Assembly (NCBI GenBank): GCA_965116925.1
Contig: OZ220744.1
Coordinates: forward strand, 5,376,001 to 5,440,000
Direction of reading: 5' to 3'
DNA: 64,000 nucleotides
DNA from: Candidatus Poribacteria bacterium
GTDB taxonomy: Bacteria > Poribacteria > WGA-4E > PCPOR2b
Position 1 is the stretch's first letter, and each line of letters starts with the position of its first letter. The translations under genes were made by a program, and so were the position numbers. Shown here one piece after another: positions 9,243 through 19,054 of the stretch. The notes under the pieces are model-generated. The model was not told the DNA's origin and searched no databases. It saw only the letters and a list, made by a program, of their open reading frames with translations.

Positions 9243-10376
9243 ATGAGATTCAATCAATATTTATCAAAACTCTTTTGCTGTACACTATCAGCATTTCTGG
9301 TCCTATCAATTGGTCTCATCGGTTGCAGCCTCACCGGCTGTGGCAGCGACGAAGAAAGTGACGATGATGTTACTACTGTAAGTGAAAGTGAAGAAGAAGC
9401 GTTTGATGCTAGTCCTATCTTGGACAACTTCGCCAACTCAATCGTACTTGCGACCTATACCGATTTGGACAGCAAAGCAGGTTCTCTGCTAGGTACTGTG
9501 CAGGCGTTGGGAGCTGCTACCAACCAAGCCCATTTGGAACTGGCACAAAATGCCTGGAAGGAAGCTCGGATACCGTGGGAACAGAGTGAAGCGTTCCTGT
9601 TCGGTCCCGTTGATACACAGGGACTTGACCCGGCACTTGATAGTTGGCCCGTCAATAAGGTTGACCTTGATGGAGTGCTTGGCAGCGATCAGGAATTGAC
9701 CGAAGCGTCCATTGACGCGCTCGAAGATACGCTGAAAGGCTTCCATACTATCGAGTATCTCCTCTTCCGAGAGGGGAACCAGCGAAAAGCTGAGGATATT
9801 ACGCCCCGTGAACTTGAGTACCTCGTTGCAACGACAGAGAATCTCAAAGCAAAAACGGCTCAGTTGGCTAACGCGTGGGCTGCCTCAGGCGAAAATTACG
9901 CCGGAGAGGTCGCCAACGCCGGCACCTCCAGCACCATCTATAAATCACAGAAGGACGCAATGCAGGAGATGGTCAACGGCATGATCGTCATCGCCGATGA
10001 GGTCGCCAACGGCAAGATCTCCGACCCGTTCAATGAGAAGGACACAACCCTCGTCGAGTCGCAGTTCAGCTTCAACTCGATTAGCGACTTCCAAGACAAT
10101 ATCCGCGGGATTCAGAATGTCTACATGGGGAAATTCGCCGCAGACGGTCAGGGGCTCGACGAATTTGTAAACGGGGTGGACGCTGCGCTGGACGCGAGAT
10201 TCCAAACTGAAGTCCAGACCGCGATTGATACCATCGGTGCGATTCCAGATCCCTTCCGTGATTCAATCACCGCCCAACGTGCTGCTGTCCAAGCAGCGAT
10301 TGATGCGGTCAGTACGGTTCAGCAGACGCTAGAGAACGATATCTTGAAGTTGGTGCTAGACAGTAATTTCAACTAA
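9243..10376 (+). CDS. imelysin (peptidase M75)/IrpA-like iron-regulated lipoprotein
   Basis: WEQSEAFLFGP, DSWP, GFHTIEY (GxHxxE); lipobox. Confidence 0.9.
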   Translation: MRFNQYLSKLFCCTLSAFLVLSIGLIGCSLTGCGSDEESDDDVTTVSESEEEAFDASPILDNFANSIVLATYTDLDSKAGSLLGTVQALGAATNQAHLELAQNAWKEARIPWEQSEAFLFGPVDTQGLDPALDSWPVNKVDLDGVLGSDQELTEASIDALEDTLKGFHTIEYLLFREGNQRKAEDITPRELEYLVATTENLKAKTAQLANAWAASGENYAGEVANAGTSSTIYKSQKDAMQEMVNGMIVIADEVANGKISDPFNEKDTTLVESQFSFNSISDFQDNIRGIQNVYMGKFAADGQGLDEFVNGVDAALDARFQTEVQTAIDTIGAIPDPFRDSITAQRAAVQAAIDAVSTVQQTLENDILKLVLDSNFN

Positions 10377-10396
10377 CGCTGGTTAGCGTGTGACGG

Positions 10397-10429
10397 AGAA
10401 ACCGAGTTTTTCCAAAAAACTCGGTTTCT
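10397..10429. repeat. palindromic repeat AGAAACCGAG...CTCGGTTTCT (also 146-175 and 18963-18996)
   Basis: three near-identical intergenic hairpins. Confidence 0.8.
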
Positions 10430-10524
10430 TTGCACGATTTATTCGCACGTGCCACGTAACCATTGGGGATTGGGCAGCATATCTATCGTTTGCTAATAGG
10501 AAAAATCATCTTGAGGTGACAGCA

Positions 10525-11082
10525 GTGATATCGAAAAACGACTTCCCAAACCTGTTTGGGCGTAGCAGTTGGGGTACTGTAACCTGTGAGTTTGAATGCC
10601 TCAATGAGATACCACCTCTCAACCTAATTGGTAATGTCAACCTTGTTCCGTTCAAAGGGGATCGGTGGTTGGTCCTTCGCTTACAAACAGGGGAATGGGA
10701 AGTTCCGGGTGGCACGTTGGAGCCGGGCGAAAGCTATTCGGACGCAATCAGTCGTGAACTAATCGAAGAGGCTGGTGCGCGCCTGCTAACCTTTGAACCA
10801 CTCGGCACTTGGCACTGTTTTTCGACTGCCTCGAAACCTTATCGCCCACATTTGCCACATCCCGAATTCTATCGGCTTGTGGGTTATGGAGCGGTAGAAA
10901 TCACCGGCAGCCCCGAAAATCCTGAAGGCGGCGAACAAGTTGCAAGCGTAGACCTCGTTCCTGTTGAGGAAGCTGTTCAGAGATTTCGTGACATAAATCG
11001 GCTTGAGTTAGCAGAGCTATATCAGTTGGCAGTGAGAATGCGTGAGGCAAAAAATGAAAAACAGCGAAAAATTGGCGTTTGA
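10525..11082 (+). CDS. NUDIX hydrolase
   Basis: GGTLEPGESYSDAISRELIEEAG Nudix box; GTG start after GAGG. Confidence 0.85.
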   Translation: MISKNDFPNLFGRSSWGTVTCEFECLNEIPPLNLIGNVNLVPFKGDRWLVLRLQTGEWEVPGGTLEPGESYSDAISRELIEEAGARLLTFEPLGTWHCFSTASKPYRPHLPHPEFYRLVGYGAVEITGSPENPEGGEQVASVDLVPVEEAVQRFRDINRLELAELYQLAVRMREAKNEKQRKIGV

Positions 11083-12487
11083 AATCATGAAATCAAATCA
11101 TCGTTCATACGTTCTGTCTCTTATAACCTCACTTTGTATCCTAATCGCCGCTTGTGATTCGGATAATCTGACCGATCCGGAGAAGATAGCGGTCTCGGAT
11201 AAGGGACTTTCAGGCGGGGAGACGACCGTTTTTGACGCGACAAGCCATGCCTTTTCAACGCCTGCGCCAAATCTTTCGGCGGATGGGCTAGCAAAGCACC
11301 TTGAAGGTGACGTTGAGTTTGAAGCGGTTTTTGTCACAGTTCCGGCGGAGGTCAATCCGGGGCTTGGTCCCGTTTATAATAATATCTCTTGCATCAACTG
11401 TCATGCGCGAGATGGGCGGGGACGTGCACCAACGTCGGGTGAAAAACTCACATCAATGCTTTTCCGCGTGAGTCTTCCGAATCCAGAAAGCGATGGCACA
11501 CACGGACCCATCCCAGTTCCCGGTTTCGGGACACAACTCAATAACCGCGCAATCTTCGGTGTACCCCCGGAAGGAACGGTCGCGATCAATTATACGGAGG
11601 GTGAGCTTACGACCAGCGACGGGGTGAAGGTGCATCTCCGTACGCCGAACTACAAGATCGAAGACACGTATCAACCGTTGCCGGCTGGCGTTGAAATCTC
11701 GCCCCGTGTCGCCCCTGTTGTGTTTGGTCTGGGGCTACTTGAAGCGATACCTGAATCAGCCATCCTGGCCTTGGCGGATGAAGATGATCAGGATGGCGAT
11801 GGGATTTCAGGGAAGGCGAATTACGTCTGGGATGTCCAGAAGAATGGGTTGAGTCTTGGCCGATTTGGGTGGAAGGCGAATCAACCGACGCTGATTCAAC
11901 AGGTCGCTTCCGCCTACCACGACGACATGGGAATTACAACCTCGTTGTTGCCGAGAGAGAACTCGGATGGGCAACCGCAATACGACGGACGGGGGGATGA
12001 TCCAGAACTCAGCGATGAGATTTTGGATGTGGTGACATTTTACGTCCAAACCCTCGCTGTGCCTGCCCGACGCAACCTCGACGACCCAACGGTTCAACGT
12101 GGTGAAGAACTCTTTGAGAGCGCGCAGTGTTCCGGTTGCCATATCCCGACGCTGCAGACAGGGTTGCTATCGGATGTACCGGAGGTCTCCAACCAGACGA
12201 TTCACCCGTACACCGACCTACTGTTGCACGATATGGGTCCGGGGTTGGCAGACAATCGCCCAGACTTTTTGGCAAGCGGTTCGGAGTGGCGCACACCTCC
12301 GTTGTGGGGGATTGGGTTGGTCAAAGTGGTCAACGGGCACACCAACTTTCTCCACGACGGTCGGGCGAGAGGGTTATTGGAGGCGATCCTGTGGCATGGT
12401 GGAGAAGCAGAACAATCGCGTGAGGCAGTTCAAGGGATGTCCGCAAGCGACAGAGACGCGCTCATCGCTTTCCTAGAATCGTTGTAG
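11054..12487 (+). CDS. di-heme oxidoreductase (DHOR/DUF1111) lipoprotein
   Basis: two CxxCH (CINCH, CSGCH), GRFGWKA, YTDLLLHDMG, WRTPPLWG, LHDGRAR. Confidence 0.92.
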   Translation: MKNSEKLAFEIMKSNHRSYVLSLITSLCILIAACDSDNLTDPEKIAVSDKGLSGGETTVFDATSHAFSTPAPNLSADGLAKHLEGDVEFEAVFVTVPAEVNPGLGPVYNNISCINCHARDGRGRAPTSGEKLTSMLFRVSLPNPESDGTHGPIPVPGFGTQLNNRAIFGVPPEGTVAINYTEGELTTSDGVKVHLRTPNYKIEDTYQPLPAGVEISPRVAPVVFGLGLLEAIPESAILALADEDDQDGDGISGKANYVWDVQKNGLSLGRFGWKANQPTLIQQVASAYHDDMGITTSLLPRENSDGQPQYDGRGDDPELSDEILDVVTFYVQTLAVPARRNLDDPTVQRGEELFESAQCSGCHIPTLQTGLLSDVPEVSNQTIHPYTDLLLHDMGPGLADNRPDFLASGSEWRTPPLWGIGLVKVVNGHTNFLHDGRARGLLEAILWHGGEAEQSREAVQGMSASDRDALIAFLESL

Positions 12488-12506
12488 TAGTATACGCGGG
12501 AGGGAG

Positions 12507-12992
12507 TTACGCTCCCTCTTCATCAGAAATAATCTGCTGTGCGAGGTAGTTTTGGATGCCCACTTGGTTAATCTGGTCGAGTTGAGCCTCTATCCAGTCA
12601 ATATGCTCTTCCTCATCTTTGAGGATACGCTCAAGAAGCTCTTCCGACCCGAAATCCTTATGGGTATGGGCAAGTTGGATGAATTCATTCAGCCGCTCGA
12701 CCGCTTCTGTTTCAAGGGCGAGGTCGTATGTCATCATCTCTTCGACATTCGCCCCGATTTTAATTTCAAAATAGCGTGCCATGTTTGGCATGGCGTTGAG
12801 ATAGAGGACACGGGCGATAAGCTCTTCAGCGTGCTTCATCTCTCCGATGGCGTGTTCGCGTATCGCTTGATGGAGACGTTCATATCCCCAGTTTTCGCAG
12901 ATTTCGGAATGGGCGAAATATTGGTTGATAGCAGTAAGTTCAGCAGTTAAAACTTCGTTGAGCACTTCGATAATTTCAGGATGTCCGTTCAC
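12507..12992 (-). CDS. bfr: bacterioferritin
   Basis: ELTAINQY, EMKHAE heme-ligand Met, DEEEHIDW ferroxidase motifs; RBS AAGGAG before GTG 12992. Confidence 0.93.
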   Translation of the reverse strand: MNGHPEIIEVLNEVLTAELTAINQYFAHSEICENWGYERLHQAIREHAIGEMKHAEELIARVLYLNAMPNMARYFEIKIGANVEEMMTYDLALETEAVERLNEFIQLAHTHKDFGSEELLERILKDEEEHIDWIEAQLDQINQVGIQNYLAQQIISDEEGA

Positions 12993-13143
12993 TGTTTTCT
13001 CCTTATATTTGAAATGAGGTAGATTCAATCGAAACTGTATATAATAACGCTGTGAAAGGGTGGAAGGGTTGACCTAACGTAAAAACTCTTTTCTCTCAGC
13101 AGCTTTGCTCCTATTTTTGATATGAACCAATTAGAGGAGACTT

Positions 13144-13563
13144 ATGGCTTTACAAGTCCAAGAGTTACAACGAAATTCGGGCGTCTCTCGATTCGTAAAA
13201 GCAGCTAAAACGGCTGAGGTCGGTCCCGGCAACTGCATTAGCGCGAAGTTGGAAGGTAACTTCATCGGCATCCACAACGTCAATGGAAAGTTTTACGCGG
13301 TGAACAATATCTGCCCTCATGTCGGTGGTATCTTACACGCGGGTCAGCTAGAAAATGACGTTATCGTTTGCCCGATTCATCAATGGAGGTTTGATGTCAA
13401 AACGGGCAAGTGTATTTGGCCCGGCAAATGTGGGATTGCGACCTATCCCGTAAAGGTTGACGGGGAACATATTCTTGTTGATATCAATTCACCCAGCCAG
13501 CCAATCCAACACAATCCCATTCGCGTTTACCACACGAAGACAGAACGGAGGGCACAACTATGA
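13144..13563 (+). CDS. Rieske [2Fe-2S] ferredoxin-like protein
   Basis: CPH...CPIH Rieske motif. Confidence 0.88.
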   Translation: MALQVQELQRNSGVSRFVKAAKTAEVGPGNCISAKLEGNFIGIHNVNGKFYAVNNICPHVGGILHAGQLENDVIVCPIHQWRFDVKTGKCIWPGKCGIATYPVKVDGEHILVDINSPSQPIQHNPIRVYHTKTERRAQL

Positions 13564-13916
13564 TAACTGTTGCAAATCGAATCTACGTTGCACCCGAATA
13601 TCGAGAAGCCTTTGAGGAGCGTTTTCGCAATCGCGCTCGACTCATTGACGGGATGCCCGGCTTCATCTCAAATCAGGTGTTGCGTCCGGTCAATGAGGAT
13701 GATCCCTACGTCGTGTTTACGCTTTGGGAATCGCGGAAGGACTTTGAGAACTGGGTTGAATCAGAAGAGTTTCGCAAGGGACACGCCCAGTCGGGAACGC
13801 TGCCCCAAGAAGCGTTTACACAGTCGAACAAACTGGAACTTCACGAGGTATTCCTCGATTCTGCCCGACCAGACCTTGAGGAGGAGCCGGAGGGTGGACC
13901 GTTCAGGGTACACTAA
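13560..13916 (+). CDS. ABM-family / IsdG-like heme-degrading monooxygenase
   Basis: N-terminal Asn (TVANRI), FEERF, MPGF, WES..F..W..SEEFRKGH; heme uptake context. Confidence 0.8.
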   Translation: MITVANRIYVAPEYREAFEERFRNRARLIDGMPGFISNQVLRPVNEDDPYVVFTLWESRKDFENWVESEEFRKGHAQSGTLPQEAFTQSNKLELHEVFLDSARPDLEEEPEGGPFRVH

Positions 13917-14068
13917 GGTGTATGGCTCAGCTCTGTCTGACAAATCCAAGCGATCGGGGAAAAACAGCAAAAATGAAAGACAAATTGATTTTCGTCAAAC
14001 TTACTCATGAAAACTTGAACAGGTTCTTATTACTTCAGTAAGTATCGCTCAATAAAGTTGTGCCCTTA

Positions 14069-14089
14069 TTGACACTGAGATTCATTATC
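14069..14089 (+). promoter_or_regulatory. Fur box overlapping a TTGACA -35
   Basis: GACACTGAGATTCATTATC (14071-14089), 15/19 to Fur consensus. Confidence 0.7.
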
Positions 14090-14272
14090 AATAAACAGAA
14101 GAAATAAAAGAACAGAAAAGGCGAACGATAGAAAAAGGGACAGCTCCCAACGGCCAATTGTTAGCTATATCCCATATCCCTATCGGTTTGATGTATTGGG
14201 GCTTTTTTGCGCCCACTTGGGGCGAGCCTCCGCCTTTTCTGTTTCCATTAAGGATAGCCAATAACTGTACGG

Positions 14273-15034
14273 TTGTCAAGGAAATTCATCCCACATAAAA
14301 CAGAGGCTAAGGTGCAAGATAACACAAGCTCGCATTCAACGACTATCGAGCCAAACCCCAGCAAGCAGAAAAAGCAGGAGAGACGGCGTTCACCCTACAT
14401 TTTTCTTCCAGCGGGGTGGAGCCGGGGCGCATTTCTCAAATGGTTGCGTCGAACACACGCTTGGCTGGGACTTTGGGGCGCAACGCTGGGCATTTTGTTT
14501 GGCATCACCGGAATCTTACTCAACCATCGGGGAGTCATGAAGATTAACGTCGCTAAGACCGAGCGGACAAAGATTGAACTTGCACTACCAGAAACGCGAC
14601 CAGAAAGTGTCGAGGGTTTCGCGGTGTGGCTTCAAGCCGAGCTGGGTATTGAGAAGAAGTGGAGTCGTGCACGTTCCGAGCCAGCACAAGAAATCAGTTG
14701 GGATGGGCGGTCGGTAGTACAACCTGAAAGATGGCGCGTCAGCTTCAGTAATCCACAACGCACTTATAGCGCGGAATATTGGGTTGGCAACAGTTACGCT
14801 AGTGTCACACAATTTGATCGAAATGTCTTTGCATTTCTCAATCGTTTGCACATGGCGAGTGGGATGGGTGCTGCATGGATTCTCCTCGCCGATTCAATTG
14901 CGGGCAGCTTAATCATCCTCTCCCTTACCGGGATATTACTCTGGACGCGACTCCACGGCCCTCGTCTGCTTGCCGCGGGGCTCGGTTTTGGATCGCTGAC
15001 CCTTGCAATCTTTTTTGTCTGGCGAGCTCTCTAA
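14273..15034 (+). CDS. PepSY-associated TM helix protein
   Basis: WLRRTHAWLG..ITGILLNH, RLH..WILLAD..LTGILLW; start uncertain. Confidence 0.8.
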   Translation: MSRKFIPHKTEAKVQDNTSSHSTTIEPNPSKQKKQERRRSPYIFLPAGWSRGAFLKWLRRTHAWLGLWGATLGILFGITGILLNHRGVMKINVAKTERTKIELALPETRPESVEGFAVWLQAELGIEKKWSRARSEPAQEISWDGRSVVQPERWRVSFSNPQRTYSAEYWVGNSYASVTQFDRNVFAFLNRLHMASGMGAAWILLADSIAGSLIILSLTGILLWTRLHGPRLLAAGLGFGSLTLAIFFVWRAL

Positions 15035-15083
15035 TTGATTCACCGGGCGGTTATTTTACTACTACACAGAAAGGAGATAGTTG

Positions 15084-17006
15084 ATGCAGTTATACAGACG
15101 GATCTGGATAGGATTCTTGGTTATCTTCACGGTCAGTGGAATACGGTTAAGTTTCGCTGCAACAGAGCCAAAGACTGACCTTTTTCGACTGGATGAAGTG
15201 GTCGTCACCGGCACAAAAACCGAGCGGCGATTGAAAGACACACCTGTTATCACGGAGGTCATCACACGCAGTGAGATTGAAGCGACAGGTGCAGAAAACA
15301 TTGGCGAAGTACTTGAACATCGAGTGGGGATTGTTGTTGATCGTGATGCTCACGGCGACGGTGTTCAACTGCAAGGGCTTGATTCGGATTATATCCTGAT
15401 TCTCCTTGATGGCGAGCCACAGGTCGGCCGAATCGCTGGTAAACTGGATCTCGCACGGATCGCAGTCGAAAACGTTGATCGGATCGAGATTGTTAAGGGT
15501 GCATCGTCCGCACTCTTTGGCAGCGCCGCGATGGGAGGTGTAATTAACGTTATCACACGCAAAGCATCGTCCCCACTTGCTGCTCAATTCACCAATAATT
15601 TTGAAACCCACAACACCATCGACAGTCGTAGCACGGTTCAACTGAAACATGACAAAATCAACGCGCTATTGACCCTCGCTGCAAATCGCCGAAGTCCAAT
15701 TGATCTAGACGAATCAGACCTTACAACGACCATTGATGGCTATAAGAACTGGAGCCACTCTGCGCGGAGTGAATATCAACTGACTTCCAAATCGACACTG
15801 CTGTTTTTGGGGCAATATTTTGCCCAAAAGCAGGAGGGGGTTAGTGAAACAGAAGGCGTCGTCTTTGACCGACTCGGTGATATAGACAACTTCAGCGGAA
15901 GTGTCGGTACAGGATATCAATTCGGTTCGCGCTCGAAGTTGATGGGTAAAATCTACGCCACACGCTATCGCGATGAATCGACGGTTATTGACCGCGGCAC
16001 CTCGCTCACTGCGTCCTCAAACGTCACAGTTCAAGACTTAATCAAAGGTGAAGCGCAATTTGACGTCGCTCTCGGATCGAAGAACCAACTGACCGTTGGG
16101 GCGGAGTTAATTTTTGAAAACCTCGAATCCCAACGCATCACGGGCGGTGAGAAAGACGTTACAACCGATTCACTGTTTTTCCAAAACGAATTTCGACCGA
16201 TAGCTAACCTTGCATTTGTCTTGGGAGGACGACTTGACTATCATTCCGAATTCGGAACACACTTCAGCCCAAAGTTAAGTGGGATGTACCACGTGACCCG
16301 TGATGTCACAATTCGCACCTCATACGGTCAAGGCTTTCGTGCACCTGACTTCAAAGACCTTTATCTCGACTTCAGCAATCCGACATCTGGCTATCAGGTG
16401 CTTGGAAACCCAGACCTACAACCCGAGTCGTCAGGTAATTGGAATCTTGGGGTTGAATACCAGTTTAAGTCCTCACTGCTCGGGCGGGTGCACCTGTATC
16501 GAAACAACCTGAACAACCTGATCGAAGCGGAGCGAATCGGGGAGAGTGTACTTGGTGGAAGCAAATTTCAGTATTTCAACCTCAGCGAAGCATTCACCGA
16601 AGGGGTTGAGGTGGAACTTTCGACCCGCTCAATCGGTGGCTTCTCCGTGACGATCGGCTATGCATATCTCAACGGCGAGGATAAGGAGACAGGTTTGACA
16701 TTGCTCAATCGATCAAAGCACAGTAGCAACCTTAAACTTGCCTATACCAACCAAGGCACCGGTTTCAACGTAGATCTGCGCGGGCGTTACGCCAGCAAGT
16801 GGGGATTCTTCGACGACGGTGACAACGTCCTTGAAGATGAGGAGTACGCGCCGAGCAACTGGATTTGGAACATTCGGGGGTCTAAGCAGGTGTTCAAATG
16901 GCTTAAAGCTTCCGCCGGCGTTAATAACATTTTCGACTTCAAGATTCCAACCTTTTACACCTTTACCGGGCGGTCGTTTTATGGCGGTCTCTCTTTGATT
17001 TATTGA
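15084..17006 (+). CDS. TonB-dependent receptor (probably heme, HmuR/BtuB-like)
   Basis: DEVVVTGT TonB box, RIEIVKG plug, GFRAP and NPDL motifs, VNNIFD. Confidence 0.9.
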   Translation: MQLYRRIWIGFLVIFTVSGIRLSFAATEPKTDLFRLDEVVVTGTKTERRLKDTPVITEVITRSEIEATGAENIGEVLEHRVGIVVDRDAHGDGVQLQGLDSDYILILLDGEPQVGRIAGKLDLARIAVENVDRIEIVKGASSALFGSAAMGGVINVITRKASSPLAAQFTNNFETHNTIDSRSTVQLKHDKINALLTLAANRRSPIDLDESDLTTTIDGYKNWSHSARSEYQLTSKSTLLFLGQYFAQKQEGVSETEGVVFDRLGDIDNFSGSVGTGYQFGSRSKLMGKIYATRYRDESTVIDRGTSLTASSNVTVQDLIKGEAQFDVALGSKNQLTVGAELIFENLESQRITGGEKDVTTDSLFFQNEFRPIANLAFVLGGRLDYHSEFGTHFSPKLSGMYHVTRDVTIRTSYGQGFRAPDFKDLYLDFSNPTSGYQVLGNPDLQPESSGNWNLGVEYQFKSSLLGRVHLYRNNLNNLIEAERIGESVLGGSKFQYFNLSEAFTEGVEVELSTRSIGGFSVTIGYAYLNGEDKETGLTLLNRSKHSSNLKLAYTNQGTGFNVDLRGRYASKWGFFDDGDNVLEDEEYAPSNWIWNIRGSKQVFKWLKASAGVNNIFDFKIPTFYTFTGRSFYGGLSLIY

Positions 17007-17168
17007 GCGGGCCGTCAAATGGCCACAAGCTTTCTTTCATAGGGTGGAGAAGGCTTGTTTTGATAACCTACCCTAGGCTCACCAGCTTGTTGGGGTTAGG
17101 AGGCAGGCTAGTGAGCATGTTGTAGCGAGTCATGCGTAACGCATAAAAATATTTGCCTCCCGTTACGC

Positions 17169-17919
17169 ATGACTCATTACACAGCAATCAAGAAGATGGA
17201 ACTCAGCAGAGCACATCTCTTCGGATTCATCGGTTTTACTTCGATATTTTTTACTGGGACGTTAGTTGCGTTCACGCCCCTATTGCAGCAGTTATGCCTG
17301 CTGTTATATTCACGGGCACTTCTGTTTGCAGCCGGTGCCTTTGCATGTGCGTGTGCTTTATCGTTGATTTATCTTCTCCAAGAAATCCAACTCAAACGGA
17401 AACAATTTCTGCTGGTATTTTTCCATCTACCAGCACTTGAACGGTTGGACACACTTTCCTATCAGAGTGTGATTGTCGGGGTATCACTGTCGGTCCTCGG
17501 ATTGCTAACCGCTTTTCTGCTACACAGCAACCCCCATAGCGATTGGTCTCACCAGATATCGGTCGCGCGTTGTATATGGCTGGTCTATCTGCTTCAACTG
17601 TTCGTCAGATTTGTGCTTTGCCGACGTGGAAGAAAGTCGGGGTAGCACCGCAGTTAAGTGTGGTAGGCATCAAATGTCTGAAATTATGGGCAAAATCCGA
17701 GGCACACCCAAAAATGGCATACATCGGTAATACGCCTCGAAACCCCGTGTTCATTGAGGATTTCTCTGATGAATGCCTTGTTGCTGTATGAACGATTTTG
17801 CAAACTTGAGTGCCGATTTCACTACTCCACACTTTAGTGCAGACCTACCAAAGTCGGCGTATGTCTCAATCATTTGTTTTTTAATTCTAATATTTTTACA
17901 TGCATCCTTCCAGTGGTAA
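17169..17919 (+). pseudogene. CcsA/HemX-like heme-handling membrane protein interrupted by a MITE
   Basis: QEIQLKRK..LPALERLD..; removing 17641-17849 plus one TSD copy restores RGRKSAYVSIICFLILIFLHASFQW*. Confidence 0.75.
17641..17849 (+). mobile_element. 209-bp MITE, IS1-like ends (copy 2), 8-bp TSD AAAGTCGG
   Basis: TSD at 17633-17640 and 17850-17857; GGTAG...CTACC ends. Confidence 0.92.
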
Positions 17920-17972
17920 GAGAAAGCAGATTCTTTCCGATACCACTGAAACCTATCAAGAAAGGAAAGAAA

Positions 17973-18188
17973 ATGAATCACACAAGAGAATCTCTGTCAT
18001 GTAACAGCATGTGTGCTGTTTATCAATGCCTTGAGGGGCATATCCATTTCAAATATCGGGGCATCGACATTGCGATGACTCCCCAGGATTTCTACCAAGT
18101 TGCTAGCACTATCGCGGAAGCCATGTTGACTTTCAAAGATGATAACACAAAATCTTTAAAAGACAGGGATCAACCGATCACTGTCTAA
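17973..18188 (+). CDS. small Cys/His-rich hypothetical protein
   Basis: RBS AAAGGA; C-x3-C-x4-C-x2-GHIH; lies within heme operon. Confidence 0.6.
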   Translation: MNHTRESLSCNSMCAVYQCLEGHIHFKYRGIDIAMTPQDFYQVASTIAEAMLTFKDDNTKSLKDRDQPITV

Positions 18189-18221
18189 TCCGTTGTTTCA
18201 AGCACTCAATAGGAGGTCACA

Positions 18222-18899
18222 ATGAAAAACTTTAGGAATCTCGCCACTTGGCGACTCATCATCTGGTCAGTTCTGTTTGTTGCTACTGTTCTCTTTTTCG
18301 GTTGCGGTAACGATGATGACGACGATGGACTTGAACAACCGCTTGAGGAACAACCGTCCGAAGCCGTAACCCCACCATCGGCGGATCAATCACCCGCCGA
18401 CGCCGTGCCACAACTCGATGCTGTCAGTTTTACTATCGATGCGACGAGCAGAGAAGCATGGGTATATTTCTCCCTTGCCAAAGGTAATACCGTTGAGGTC
18501 GCTGACCCGCTTAATTCAATGGATTGGGACCTCGGATTTCAACGGACAACGGTCATAACCAACGGCGGCGTAAGTGGTCCCGGAAAGGGTGGTGCTGTGC
18601 TGCTTAAAGATGCGGAGTTTGAGGGGGTGAAAGAAGCACCTGCGGGTGGATACGCTGTCGATTCAGATCAGAATCTCGCTATCGCTGCACAAAGTGAGGA
18701 GGGGTGGTACATTTATACCGGACCACCGAACCACTGGATCCTGCCGCTGGAGAAACGGGTGTTTGTGGTTCAAGCGGCGGATGGCACGTTTGCCAAAGTG
18801 CGTTTCATCGGCTACTACAAGGACAATGACAATAAAAAGGACGGCGGTTTTATAACCTTTGAATACGTCCATCAGCCCGATGGGAGTCACAATTTTTAA
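18222..18899 (+). CDS. hmuY: HmuY-family heme-binding lipoprotein
   Basis: lipobox FFGC; WVYFSL, WDLGFQR..TNGG.SGPG.GG, GWY.Y, AKVRFIGYY. Confidence 0.85.
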   Translation: MKNFRNLATWRLIIWSVLFVATVLFFGCGNDDDDDGLEQPLEEQPSEAVTPPSADQSPADAVPQLDAVSFTIDATSREAWVYFSLAKGNTVEVADPLNSMDWDLGFQRTTVITNGGVSGPGKGGAVLLKDAEFEGVKEAPAGGYAVDSDQNLAIAAQSEEGWYIYTGPPNHWILPLEKRVFVVQAADGTFAKVRFIGYYKDNDNKKDGGFITFEYVHQPDGSHNF

Positions 18900-19054
18900 T
18901 ATTTATTTACTTCAACAGCCTGTACTGCTGCGAGAGGAATCCGTATCTCCTACCTCTCCGGGAGAAACCGAGTTTTTCTAAAAAAACTCGGTTTCTTTTT
19001 ATTATCTTTCAAAAGAACCGGTCAGTTACAATGTACTAACCCAAGGAGTCAGAA

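Noticed and set aside
14111..14243. Cobalamin riboswitch before the TonB-dependent receptor
   Set aside because: Lacks the GCCACTG...GGGAAG and AGYCAGRAGACC B12-box motifs; a Fur box points to iron control.
6444..17849. Two inverted 209-bp MITEs as a composite transposon carrying the iron genes
   Set aside because: Copy 2 has its own TSD inside a gene and the outer flanks do not match, so these are independent insertions.
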